Source: Auanema rhodensis | Lineage: Eukaryota; Animalia; Nematoda | NCBI GenBank assembly: GCA_964057225.1 | Contig: OZ059899.1 | Span: 1,116,001 to 1,180,000, forward strand | Direction of reading: 5' to 3' | Length of the DNA: 64,000 nucleotides | Part shown: piece after piece, positions 26,201-40,014 of the stretch | Layout: each line of letters begins with the position of its first letter | How positions within the stretch are numbered: position 1 is the stretch's first letter | Translations under genes and position numbers: made by a program | Notes under the pieces: model-generated | What the model saw: only the letters and a program-made list of their open reading frames with translations | Databases searched by the model: none | What the model was told of the DNA's origin: nothing

Positions 26201-27899
26201 CCGTTTTTCAAGGCAAAGACGATGGACAATGTTATTCAACGAAAAAATTAATTCTTCAGGGTGAAAATCGAGGATATAAGTGTGAACTTATATCAGTTGA
26301 TATCTCGGTGCATTTTTAAGCTAGCGCAAATCTGATAACACAGATCGACGCAGCTTAAAAATCCGCATCGAATGCACTATACTACATTGAGAAACGCTTA
26401 ATACACAAATTAGTTATGATTGTTTGAAAAATGATGCATTAGTGTATGTTGAGTTTCCATGTACACTCAACATTGCTTCCAAAAACATTTTGACAAAAAT
26501 TTTTTCGAAAAATTTCAAAATAATTTAGCAAAAAGTAAATGTTTTTAGATTCTGTTTTTCAAGGCAAAGACGATGGACAATGTTATTCAACGAAAAAAAT
26601 AATTCTTCAGGGTGAAAATCGAGGATATAAAGGTGAACTTATATCAGTTGATATCTCGGTGCATTTTTAAGCTAGCGCAAATCTGATAACACAGATCGAC
26701 GCAGCTCAAAAATCCGCATCGAATGCACTATACTACATTGAGAAACGCTTAATACAAAAATTAGTTATGATCGTTTGAAAAATGATGCATTAGTGTATGT
26801 TGAGTTTCCATGTACACTCAACATTGCTTCCAAAAACATTTTGACAAAAATTTTTTCGAAAAATTTCAAAATAATTTAGCAAAAAGTAGATGTTTTTAGA
26901 TTCCGTTTTTCAAGGAAAAGACGATGGACAATGTTAGTCAACGAAAAAATTAATTCTTCAGGGTGAAAATCGAGGATATAAGTGTGAACTTATATCAGTT
27001 GATATCTCGGTGCATTTTTAAGCTAGCGCAAATCTGATAACACAGATCGACGCAGCTTAAAAATCCGCATCGAATGCACTATACTACATTGAGAAACGCT
27101 TAATACACAAATTAGTTATGATCGTTTGAAAAATGATGCATTAGTGTATGTTGAGTTTCCATGTACACCCAACATTGCTTCCAAAAACATTTTGACAAAA
27201 ATTTTTTCGAAAAATTTCAAAATAATTTAGCAAAAAGTAGATGTTTTCAGATTCCATTTTTCAAGGCAAAGACGATAGACAATGTTATTCAACGAAAAAA
27301 TTAATTCTTCAGGGTGAAAATCGAGGATATATGTGTGAACTTATATCAGTTGATATCTCGGTGCATTTTTAAGCTAGCGCAAATCTGATAACACAGATCG
27401 ACGCAGCTCAAAAATCCGCATCGAATGCACTATACTACATTAAGAAACGCTTAATACAAAAATTAGTTATGATCGTTTGAAAAATGATGCATTAGTGTAT
27501 GTTGAGTTTCCATGTACACACAACATTGCTTCCAAAAACATTTTGACAAAACTTTTTTCGAAAAATTTCAAAATAATTTAGCAAAAAGTAGATGTTTTTA
27601 GATTCCTTTTCTTAAGGCAAAGACGATGGACAATGTTATTCAACGAAAAAATTAATTCTTCAGGGTGAAAATCGAGGATATATGTGTGAACTTATATCAG
27701 TTGATATCTCGGTGCATTTTTAAGCTAGCGCAAATCTGATAACACAGATCGACGCAGCTCAAAAATCCGCATCGAATGCACTATACTACATTAAGAAACG
27801 CTTAATACAAAAATTAGTTATGATCGTTTGAAAAATGATGCATTAGTGTATGTTGAGTTTCCATGTACACACAACATTGCTTCCAAAAACATTTTGACA

Positions 27900-30000
27900 A
27901 AACTTTTTTCGAAAAATTTCAAAATAATTTAGCAAAAAGTAGATGTTTTTAGATTCCTTTTCTTAAGGCAAAGACGATGGACAATGTTATTCAACGAAAA
28001 AATTAATTCTTCAGGGTGAAAATCGAGGATATAAGTGTGAACTTGTATCAGTTGATATCTCGGTGCATTTTTAAGCTAGCGCAAATCTGATAACACAGAT
28101 CGACGCAGCTTAAAAATCCGCATCGAATGCACTATATTACATCAAGAAACGCTTGATACAAAAATTAGTTATGATCGTTTGAAAAATGATGCATTAGTGT
28201 ATGTTGAGTTTCCATGTACACACAACATTGCTTCCAAAAACATTTTGACAAAACTTTTTTCGAAAAATTTCAAAATAATTTAGCAAAAAGTAGATGTTTT
28301 TAGATTCCTTTTTTTAAGGCAAAGACGATGGACAATGTTATTCAACGAAAAAATTAATTCTTCAGGGTGAAAATCGAGGATATTAGTGTGAACTTATATC
28401 AGTTGATATCTCGGTGCATTTTTAAGCTAGCGCAAATCTGATAACACAGATCGACGCAGCTTAAAAATCCGCATCGAATGCACTATACTACATCAAGAAA
28501 CGCTTGATACAAAAATTAGTTATGATCGTTTGAAAAATGATGCATTAGTGTATGTTGAGTTTCCATGTACACTCAACATTGCTTCCAAAAACATTTTGAC
28601 AAAAATTTTTTCGAAAAATTTCAAAATAATTTAGCAAAAAGTAGATGTTTTTAGATTCCATTTTTCAAGGCAAAGACGATAGACAATGTTATTCAACGAA
28701 AAAATTAATTCTTCAGGGTGAAAATCGAGAATATAAGTGTGAACTTATATCAGTTGATATCTCGGTGCATTTTTAAGCTAGCGCAAATCTGATAACACAG
28801 ATCGACGCAGCTTAAAAATCCGCATCGAATGCACTATACTACATCAAGAAACGCTTGATACAAAAATTAGTTATGATCGTTTGAAAAATGATGCATTAGT
28901 GTATGTTGAGTTTCCATGTACACTCAACATTGCTTCCAAAAACATTTTGACAAAACTTTTTTCGAAAAATTTCAAAATAATTTAGCAAAAAGTAGATGTT
29001 TTTAGATTCCTTTTCTTAAGGCAAAGACGATGGACAATGTTATTCAACGAAAAAATTAATTCTTCAGGGTGAAAATCGAGGATATAAGTGTGAACTTGTA
29101 TCAGTTGATATCTCGGTGCATTTTTAAGCTAGCGCAAATCTGATAACACAGATCGACGCAGCTTAAAAATCCGCATCGAATGCACTATATTACATCAAGA
29201 AACGCTTGATACAAAAATTAGTTATGATCGTTTGAAAAATGATGCATTAGTGTATGTTGAGTTTCCATGTACACACAACATTGCTTCCAAAAACATTTTG
29301 ACAAAACTTTTTTCGAAAAATTTCAAAATAATTTAGCAAAAAGTAGATGTTTTTAGATTCCTTTTTTTAAGGCAAAGACGATGGACAATGTTATTCAACG
29401 AAAAAATTAATTCTTCAGGGTGAAAATCGAGGATATTAGTGTGAACTTATATCAGTTGATATCTCGGTGCATTTTTAAGCTAGCGCAAATCTGATAACAC
29501 AGATCGACGCAGCTTAAAAATCCGCATCGAATGCACTATACTACATCAAGAAACGCTTGATACAAAAATTAGTTATGATCGTTTGAAAAATGATGCATTA
29601 GTGTATGTTGAGTTTCCATGTACACTCAACATTGCTTCCAAAAACATTTTGACAAAAATTTTTTCGAAAAATTTCAAAATAATTTAGCAAAAAGTAGATG
29701 TTTTTAGATTCCATTTTTCAAGGCAAAGACGATAGACAATGTTATTCAACGAAAAAATTAATTCTTCAGGGTGAAAATCGAGAATATAAGTGTGAACTTA
29801 TATCAGTTGATATCTCGGTGCATTTTTAAGCTAGCGCAAATCTGATAACACAGATCGACGCAGCTTAAAAATCCGCATCGAATGCACTATACTACATCAA
29901 GAAACGCTTGATACAAAAATTAGTTATGATCGTTTGAAAAATGATGCATTAGTGTATGTTGAGTTTCCATGTACACTCAACATTGCTTCCAAAAACATTT
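27900..30000 (+). repeat. Duplicated trimer (2 x 1053 bp)
   Basis: ACTTGTATC 28045/29098; TATTAGTG 28384/29437; GAGAAT 28730/29783. Confidence 0.85.
28060..28126. other. Long imperfect hairpin across the monomer junction (example copy; present at every junction)
   Basis: TCGGTGC/GCATCGA (7 bp, one G:T) + ATTTTTAAGCT/AGCTTAAAAAT (11 bp perfect) + GCG/CGC + ATCTG/CAGAT (5 bp) closing the loop ATAACA. Confidence 0.85.
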
Positions 30001-32399
30001 TGACAAAAATTTTTTCGAAAAATTTCAAAATAATTTAGCGAAAAGTAGATATTTTTAGATTCTTTTTTTTAAGGCAAAGACGATGAACAATGTTATTCAA
30101 CGAAAAAATTAATTCTTCAGGGTGAAAATCGAGGATATAAGTGTGAACTTATATCAGTTGATATCTCGGTGCATTTTTAAGCTAGCGCAAATCTGATAAC
30201 ACAGATCGACGCAGCTTAAAAATCCGCATCGAATGCACTATACTACATTGAGAAACGCTTAATACACAAATTAGTTATGATCGTTTGAAAAATGATGCAT
30301 TAGTGTATGTTGAGTATCCATGTACACTCAACATTGCTTCCAAAAACATTTTGACAAAAATTTTTTCGAAAAATTTCAAAATAATTTAGCAAAAAGTAGA
30401 TGTTTTTAGATTCCATTTTTCAAGGCAAAGACGATAGACAATGTTATTCAACGAAAAAATTAATTCTTCAGGGTGAAAATCGAGGATATAAGTGTGAACT
30501 TATATCAGTTGATATCTCGGTGCATTTTTAAGCTAGCGCAAATCTGATAACACAGATCGACGCAGCTTAAAAATCCGCATCGAATGCACTATACTACATT
30601 GAGAAACGCTTAATACACAAATTAGTAATGATCGTTTGAAAAATGATGCATTAGTGTATGTTGAGTTTCCATGTACACTCAACATTGCTTCCAAACACAT
30701 TTTGACAAAAATTTTTTCGAAAAATTTCAAAATAATTTAGCAAAATGTAGATGTTTTTAGATTCCTTTTTTTAAGGCAAAGACGATGGACAATGTTATTC
30801 AACGAAAAAATTAATTCTTCAGGGAAAAAATCGAGGATATAAGTGTGAACTTATATCAGTTGATATCTCGGTGCATTTTTAAGCTAGCGCAAATCTAATA
30901 ACACAGATCGACGCAGCTTAAAAATCCGCATCGAATGCACTATACTACATCAAGAAACGCTTGATACAAAAATTAGTTATGATCGTTTGAAAAATGATGC
31001 ATTAGTGTATGTTGAGTTTCCATGTACACACAACATTGCTTCCAAAAACATTTTGACAAAAATTTTTTCGAAAAATTTCAAAATAATTTAGCAAAAAGTA
31101 GATGTTTTTAGATTCCTTTTCTTAAGGCAAAGACGATGGACAATGTTATTCAACGAAAAAATTAATTCTTCAGGGTGAAAATCGAGGATATAAGTGTGAA
31201 CTTATATCAGTTGATATCTCGGTGCATTTTTAAGCTAGCGCAAATCTGATAACACAGATCGACGCAGCTTAAAAATCCGCATCGAATGCACTATACTACA
31301 TCAAGAAACGCTTGATACAAAAATTAGTTATGATCGTTTGAAAAATGATGCATTAGTGTATGTTGAGTTTCCATGTACACTCAACATTGCTTCCAAAAAC
31401 ATTTTGACAAAAATTTTTTCGAAAAATTTCAAAATAATTTAGCAAAAAGTAGATGTTTTTAGATTCCATTTTTCAAGGCAAAGACGATAGACAATGTTAT
31501 TCAACGAAAAAATTAATTCTTCAGGGTGAAAATCGAGAATATACGTGTGAACTTATATCAGTTGATATCTCGGTGCATTTTTAAGCTAGCGCAAATCTGA
31601 TAACACAGATCGACGCAGCTTAAAAATCCGCATCGAATGCACTATACTACATCAAGAAACGCTTGATACAAAAATTAGTTATGATCGTTTGAAAAATGAT
31701 GCATTAGTGTATGTTGAGTTTCCATGTACACTCAACATTGCTTCCAAAAACATTTTGACAAAAATTTTTTCGAAAAATTTCAAAATAATTTAGCGAAAAG
31801 TAGATGTTTTTAGATTCCTTTTTTTAAGGCAAAGACGATGAACAATGTTATTCAACGAAAAAATTAATTCTTCAGGGTGAAAATCGAGGATATAAGTGTG
31901 AACTTATATCAGTTGATATCTCGGTGCATTTTTAAGCTAGCGCAAATCTGATAACACAGATCGACGCAGCTTAAAAATCCGCATCGAATGCACTATACTA
32001 CATTGAGAAACGCTTAATACACAAATTAGTTATGATCGTTTGAAAAATGATGCATTAGTGTATGTTGAGTTTCCATGTACACTCAACATTGCTTCCAAAA
32101 ACATTTTGACAAAAATTTTTTCGAAAAATTTCAAGATAATTTAGCAAAAAGTAGATGTTTTTAGATTCCATTTTTCAAGGCAAAGACGATAGACAATGTT
32201 ATTCAACGAAAAAATTAATTCTTCAGGGTGAAAATCGAGGATATAAGTGTGAACTTATATCAGTTGATATCTCGGTGCATTTTTAAGCTAGCGCAAATCT
32301 GATAACACAGATCGACGCAGCTTAAAAATCCGCATCGAATGCACTATACTACATTGAGAAACGCTTAATACACAAATTAGTTATGATCGTTTGAAAAAT

Positions 32400-35300
32400 G
32401 ATGCATTAGTGTATGTTGAGTTTCCATGTACACTCAACATTGCTTCCAAACACATTTTGACAAAAATTTTTTCGAAAAATTTCAAAATAATTTAGCAAAA
32501 AGTAGATGTTTTTAGATTCCATTTTTCAAGGCAAAGACAATAGACAATGTTATTCAACGAAAAAATTAATTCTTCAGGGTGAAAATCGAGGATATAAGTG
32601 TGAACTTATATCAGTTGATATCTCGGTGCATTTTTAAGCTAGCGCAAATCTGATAACACAGATCGACGCAGCTTAAAAATCCGCATCGAATGCACTATAC
32701 TACATCAAGAAACGCTTGATACAAAAATTAGTTATGATCGTTTGAAAAATGATGCATTAGTGTATGTTGAGTTTCCATGTACACTCAACATTGCTTCCAA
32801 AAACATTTTGACAAAAATTTTTTCGAAAAATTTCGAAATAATTTAGCAAAAAGTAGATGTTTTTAGATTCCATTTTTCAAGGCAAAGACGATAGACAATG
32901 TTATTCAACGAAAAAATTAATTCTTCAGGGTGAAAATCGAGAATATAAGTGTGAACTTATATCAGTTGATATCTCGGTGCATTTTTAAGCTAGCGCAAAT
33001 CTGATAACACAGATCGACGCAGCTTAAAAATCCGCATCGAATGCACTATACTACATTGAGAAACGCTTAATACACAAATTAGTTATGATCGTTTGAAAAA
33101 TGATGCATTAGTGTATGTTGAGTTTCCATGTACACTCAACATTGCTTCCAAAAACATTTTGACAAAAATTTTTTCGAAAAATTTCAAAATAATTTAGCAA
33201 AAAGTAGATGTTTTTAGATTCCATTTTTCAAGGCAAAGACGATAGACAATGTTATTCAACGAAAAAATTAATTCTTCAGGGTGAAAATCGAGGATATAAG
33301 TGTGAACTTATATCAGTTGATATCTCGGTGCATTTTTAAGCTAGCGCAAATCTGATAACACAGATCGACGCAGCTTAAAAATCCGCATCGAATGCACTAT
33401 ACTACATTGAGAAACGCTTAATACACGAATTAGTTATGATCGTTTGAAAAATGATGCATTAGTGTATGTTGAGTTTCCATGTACACTCAACATTGCTTCC
33501 AAACACATTTTGACAAAAATTTTTTCGAAAAATTTCAAAATAATTTAGCAAAATGTAGATGTTTTTAGATTCCTTTTTTTAAGGCAAAGACGATGGACAA
33601 TGTTATTCAACGAAAAAATTAATTCTTCAGGGTGAAAATCGAGGATATAAGTGTGAACTTATGTCAGTTGATATCTCGGTGCATTTTTAAGCTAGCGCAA
33701 ATCTGATAACACAGATCGACGCAGCTTAAAAATCCGCATCGAATGCACTATACTACATTAAGAAACGCTTAATACACAAATTAGTTATGATCGTTTGAAA
33801 AATGATGCATTAGTGTATGTTGAGTTTCCATGTACACTCAACATTGCTTCCAAAAACATTTTGACAAAAATTTTTTCGAAAAATTTCAAAATAATTTAGC
33901 AAAAAGTAGATGTTTTTAGATTCCATTTTTCAAGGCAAAGACGATAGACAATGTTATTCAACGAAAAAATTAATTCTTCAGGGTGAAAATCGAGGATATA
34001 AGTGTGAACTTATATCAGTTGATATCTCGGTGCATTTTTAAGCTAGCGCAAATCTGATAACACAGATCGACGCAGCTTAAAAATCCGCATCGAATGCACT
34101 ATACTACATTGAGAAACGCTTAATACACAAATTAGTTATGATCGTTTGAAAAATGATGCATTAGTGTATGTTGAGTTTCCATGTACACTCAACATTGCTT
34201 CCAAACACATTTTGACAAAAATTTTTTCGAAAAATTTCAAAATAATTTAGCAAAATGTAGATGTTTTTAGATTCCTTTTTTTAAGGCAAAGACGATGGAC
34301 AATGTTATTCAACGAAAAAATTAATTCTTCAGGGTGAAAATCGAGGATATAAGTGTGAACTTATGTCAGTTGATATCTCGGTGCATTTTTAAGCTAGCGC
34401 AAATCTGATAACACAGATCGACGCAGCTTAAAAATCCGCATCGAATGCACTATACTACATTGAGAAACGCTTAATACACAAATTAGTTATGATCGTTTGA
34501 AAAATGATGCATTAGTGTATGTTGAGTTTCCATGTACACTCAACATTGCTTCCAAAAACATTTTGACAAAAATTTTTTCGAAAAATTTCAAAATAATTTA
34601 GCAAAAAGTAGATGTTTTTAGATTCCATTTTTCAAGGCAAAGACAATAGACAATGTTATTCAACGAAAAAATTAATTCTTCAGGGTGAAAATCGAGGATA
34701 TAAGTGTGAACTTATATCAGTTGATATCTCGGTGCATTTTTAAGCTAGCGCAAATCTGATAACACAGATCGACGCAGCTTAAAAATCCGCATCGAATGCA
34801 CTATACTACATCAAGAAACGCTTGATACAAAAATTAGTTATGATCGTTTGAAAAATGATGCATTAGTGTATGTTGAGTTTCCATGTACACTCAACATTGC
34901 TTCCAAAAACATTTTGACAAAAATTTTTTCGAAAAATTTCGAAATAATTTAGCAAAAAGTAGATGTTTTTAGATTCCATTTTTCAAGGCAAAGACGATAG
35001 ACAATGTTATTCAACGAAAAAATTAATTCTTCAGGGTGAAAATCGAGAATATAAGTGTGAACTTATATCAGTTGATATCTCGGTGCATTTTTAAGCTAGC
35101 GCAAATCTGATAACACAGATCGACGCAGCTTAAAAATCCGCATCGAATGCACTATACTACATCAAGAAACGCTTGATACAAAAATTAGTTATGATCGTTT
35201 GAAAAATGATGCATTAGTGTATGTTGAGTTTCCATGTACACTCAACATTGCTTCCAAAAACATTTTGACAAAAATTTTTTCGAAAAATTTCAAAATAATT

Positions 35301-38300
35301 TAGCGAAAAGTAGATGTTTTTAGATTCCTTTTTTTAAGGCAAAGACGATGAACAATGTTATTCAACGAAAAAATTAATTCTTCAGGGTGAAAATCGAGGA
35401 TATAAGTGTGAACTTATATCAGTTGATATCTCGGTGCATTTTTAAGCTAGCGCAAATCTGATAACACAGATCGACGCAGCTTAAAAATCCGCATCGAATG
35501 CACTATACTACATTGAGAAACGCTTAATACACAAATTAGTTATGATCGTTTGAAAAATGATGCATTAGTGTATGTTGAGTTTCCATGTACACTCAACATT
35601 GCTTCCAAAAACATTTTGACAAAAATTTTTTCGAAAAATTTCAAAATAATTTAGCAAAAAGTAGATGTTTTTAGATTCCATTTTTCAAGGCAAAGACGAT
35701 AGACAATGTTATTCAACGAAAAAATTAATTCTTCAGGGTGAAAATCGAGGATATAAGTGTGAACTTATATCAGTTGATATCTCGGTGCATTTTTAAGCTA
35801 GCGCAAATCTGATAACACAGATCGACGCAGCTTAAAAATCCGCATCGAATGCACTATACTACATTGAGAAACGCTTAATACACGAATTAGTTATGATCGT
35901 TTGAAAAATGATGCATTAGTGTATGTTGAGTTTCCATGTACACTCAACATTGCTTCCAAACACATTTTGACAAAAATTTTTTCGAAAAATTTCAAAATAA
36001 TTTAGCAGAATGTAGATGTTTTTAGATTCCTTTTTTTAAGGCAAAGACGATGGACAATGTTATTCAACGAAAAAATTAATTCTTCAGGGTGAAAATCGAG
36101 GATATAAGTGTGAACTTATGTCAGTTGATATCTCGGTGCATTTTTAAGCTAGCGCAAATCTGATAACACAGATCGACGCAGCTTAAAAATCCGCATCGAA
36201 TGCACTATACTACATTAAGAAACGCTTAATACACAAATTAGTTATGATCGTTTGAAAAATGATGCATTAGTGTATGTTGAGTTTCCATGTACACTCAACA
36301 TTGCTTCCAAAAACATTTTGACAAAAATTTTTTCGAAAAATTTCAAAATAATTTAGCAAAATGTAGATGTTTTTAGATTCCTTTTTTTAAGGCAAAGACG
36401 ATGGACAATGTTATTCAACGAAAAAATTAATTCTTCAGGGTGAAAATCGAGGATATAAGTGTGAACTTATATCAGTTGATATCTCGGTGCATTTTTAAGC
36501 TAGCGCAAATCTGATAACACAGATCGACGCAGCTTAAAAATCCGCATCGAATGCACTATACTACATTGAGAAACGCTTAATACACAAATTAGTTATGATC
36601 GTTTGAAAAATGATGCATTAGTGTATGTTGAGTTTCCATGTACACTCAACATTGCTTCCAAAAACATTTTGACAAAAATTTTTTCGAAAAATTTCAAAAT
36701 AATTTAGCAAAAAGTAGATGTTTTTAGATTCCATTTTTCAAGGCAAAGACAATAGACAATGTTATTCAACGAAAAAATTAATTCTTCAGGGTGAAAATCG
36801 AGGATATAAGTGTGAACTTATATCAGTTGATATCTCGGTGCATTTTTAAGCTAGCGCAAATCTGATAACACAGATCGACGCAGCTTAAAAATCCGCATCG
36901 AATGCACTATACTACATCAAGAAACGCTTGATACAAAAATTAGTTATGATCGTTTGAAAAATGATGCATTAGTGTATGTTGAGTTTCCATGTACACTCAA
37001 CATTGCTTCCAAAAACATTTTGACAAAAATTTTTTCGAAAAATTTCGAAATAATTTAGCAAAAAGTAGATGTTTTTAGATTCCATTTTTCAAGGCAAAGA
37101 CGATAGACAATGTTATTCAACGAAAAAATTAATTCTTCAGGGTGAAAATCGAGAATATAAGTGTGAACTTATATCAGTTGATATCTCGGTGCATTTTTAA
37201 GCTAGCGCAAATCTGATAACACAGATCGACGCAGCTTAAAAATCCGCATCGAATGCACTATACTACATCAAGAAACGCTTGATACAAAAATTAGTTATGA
37301 TCGTTTGAAAAATGATGCATTAGTGTATGTTGAGTTTCCATGTACACTCAACATTGCTTCCAAAAACATTTTGACAAAAATTTTTTCGAAAAATTTCAAA
37401 ATAATTTAGCGAAAAGTAGATGTTTTTAGATTCCTTTTTTTAAGGCAAAGACGATGAACAATGTTATTCAACGAAAAAATTAATTCTTCAGGGTGAAAAT
37501 CGAGGATATAAGTGTGAACTTATATCAGTTGATATCTCGGTGCATTTTTAAGCTAGCGCAAATCTGATAACACAGATCGACGCAGCTTAAAAATCCGCAT
37601 CGAATGCACTATACTACATTGAGAAACGCTTAATACACAAATTAGTTATGATCGTTTGAAAAATGATGCATTAGTGTATGTTGAGTTTCCATGTACACTC
37701 AACATTGCTTCCAAAAACATTTTGACAAAAATTTTTTCGAAAAATTTCAAAATAATTTAGCAAAAAGTAGATGTTTTTAGATTCCATTTTTCAAGGCAAA
37801 GACGATAGACAATGTTATTCAACGAAAAAATTAATTCTTCAGGGTGAAAATCGAGGATATAAGTGTGAACTTATATCAGTTGATATCTCGGTGCATTTTT
37901 AAGCTAGCGCAAATCTGATAACACAGATCGACGCAGCTTAAAAATCCGCATCGAATGCACTATACTACATTGAGAAACGCTTAATACACGAATTAGTTAT
38001 GATCGTTTGAAAAATGATGCATTAGTGTATGTTGAGTTTCCATGTACACTCAACATTGCTTCCAAACACATTTTGACAAAAATTTTTTCGAAAAATTTCA
38101 AAATAATTTAGCAAAATGTAGATGTTTTTAGATTCCTTTTTTTAAGGCAAAGACGATGGACAATGTTATTCAACGAAAAAATTAATTCTTCAGGGTGAAA
38201 ATCGAGGATATAAGTGTGAACTTATGTCAGTTGATATCTCGGTGCATTTTTAAGCTAGCGCAAATCTGATAACACAGATCGACGCAGCTTAAAAATCCGC

Positions 38301-38500
38301 ATCGAATGCACTATACTACATTAAGAAACGCTTAATACACAAATTAGTTATGATCGTTTGAAAAATGATGCATTAGTGTATGTTGAGTTTCCATGTACAC
38401 TCAACATTGCTTCCAAAAACATTTTGACAAAAATTTTTTCGAAAAATTTCAAAATAATTTAGCAAAAAGTAGATGTTTTTAGATTCCATTTTTCAAGGCA
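32400..38500 (+). repeat. Hexamer higher-order repeat (~3 x 2106 bp, imperfect)
   Basis: GACAATAG occurs at 32539, 34645 and 36751. TTTCGAAATA occurs at 32835, 34941 and 37047. Confidence 0.8.
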
Positions 38501-40014
38501 AAGACGATAGACAATGTTATTCAACGAAAAAATTAATTCTTCAGGGTGAAAATCGAGGATATAAGTGTGAACTTATATCAGTTGATATCTCGGTGCATTT
38601 TTAAGCTAGCGCAAATCTGATAACACAGATCGACGCAGCTTAAAAATCCGCATCGAATGCACTATACTACATTGAGAAACGCTTAATACACAAATTAGTT
38701 ATGATCGTTTGAAAAATGATGCATTAGTGTATGTTGAGTTTCCATGTACACTCAACATTGCTTCCAAACACATTTTGACAAAAATTTTTTCGAAAAATTT
38801 CAAAATAATTTAGCAAAATGTAGATGTTTTTAGATTCCTTTTTTTAAGGCAAAGACGATGGACAATGTTATTCAACGAAAAAATTAATTCTTCAGGGTGA
38901 AAATCGAGGATATAAGTGTGAACTTATATCAGTTGATATCTCGGTGCATTTTTAAGCTAGCGCAAATCTGATAACACAGATCGACGCAGCTTAAAAATCC
39001 GCATCGAATGCACTATACTACATTGAGAAACGCTTAATACACAAATTAGTTATGATCGTTTGAAAAATGATGCATTAGTGTATGTTGAGTTTCCATGTAC
39101 ACTCAACATTGCTTCCAAAAACATTTTGACAAAAATTTTTTCGAAAAATTTCAAAATAATTTAGCAAAAAGTAGATGTTTTTAGATTCCATTTTTCAAGG
39201 CAAAGACGATAGACAATGTTATTCAACGAAAAAATTAATTCTTCAGGGTGAAAATCGAGGATATAAGTGTGAACTTATATCAGTTGATATCTCGGTGCAT
39301 TTTTAAGCTAGCGCAAATCTGATAACACAGATCGACGCAGCTTAAAAATCCGCATCGAATGCACTATACTACATTAAGAAACGCTTAATACACAAATTAG
39401 TTATGATCGTTTGAAAAATGATGCATTAGTGTATGTTGAGTTTCCATGTACACACAACATTGCTTCCAAAAACATTTTGACAAAAATTTTTTCGAAAAAT
39501 TTCAAAATAATTTAGCAAAAAGTAGATGTTTTTAGATTCCTTTTCTTAAGGCAAAGACGATGGACAATGTTATTCGACGAAAAAATTAATTCTTCAGGGT
39601 GAAAATCGAGGATATAAGTGTGAACTTATATCAGTTGATATCTCGGTGCATTTTTAAGCTAGCGCAAATCTGATAACACAGATCGACGCAGCTTAAAAAT
39701 CCGCATCGAATGCACTATACTACATTGAGAAACGCTTAATACACAAATTAGTTATGATCGTTTGAAAAATGATGCATTAGTGTATGTTGAGTTTCCATGT
39801 ACACTCAACATTGCTTCCAAACACATTTTGACAAAAATTTTTTCGAAAAATTTCAAAATAATTTAGCAAAATGTAGATGTTTTTAGATTCCTTTTTTTAA
39901 GGCAAAGACGATGGACAATGTTATTCAACGAAAAAATTAATTCTTCAGGGTGAAAATCGAGGATATAAGTGTGAACTTATATCAGTTGATATCTCGGTGC
40001 ATTTTTAAGCTAGC

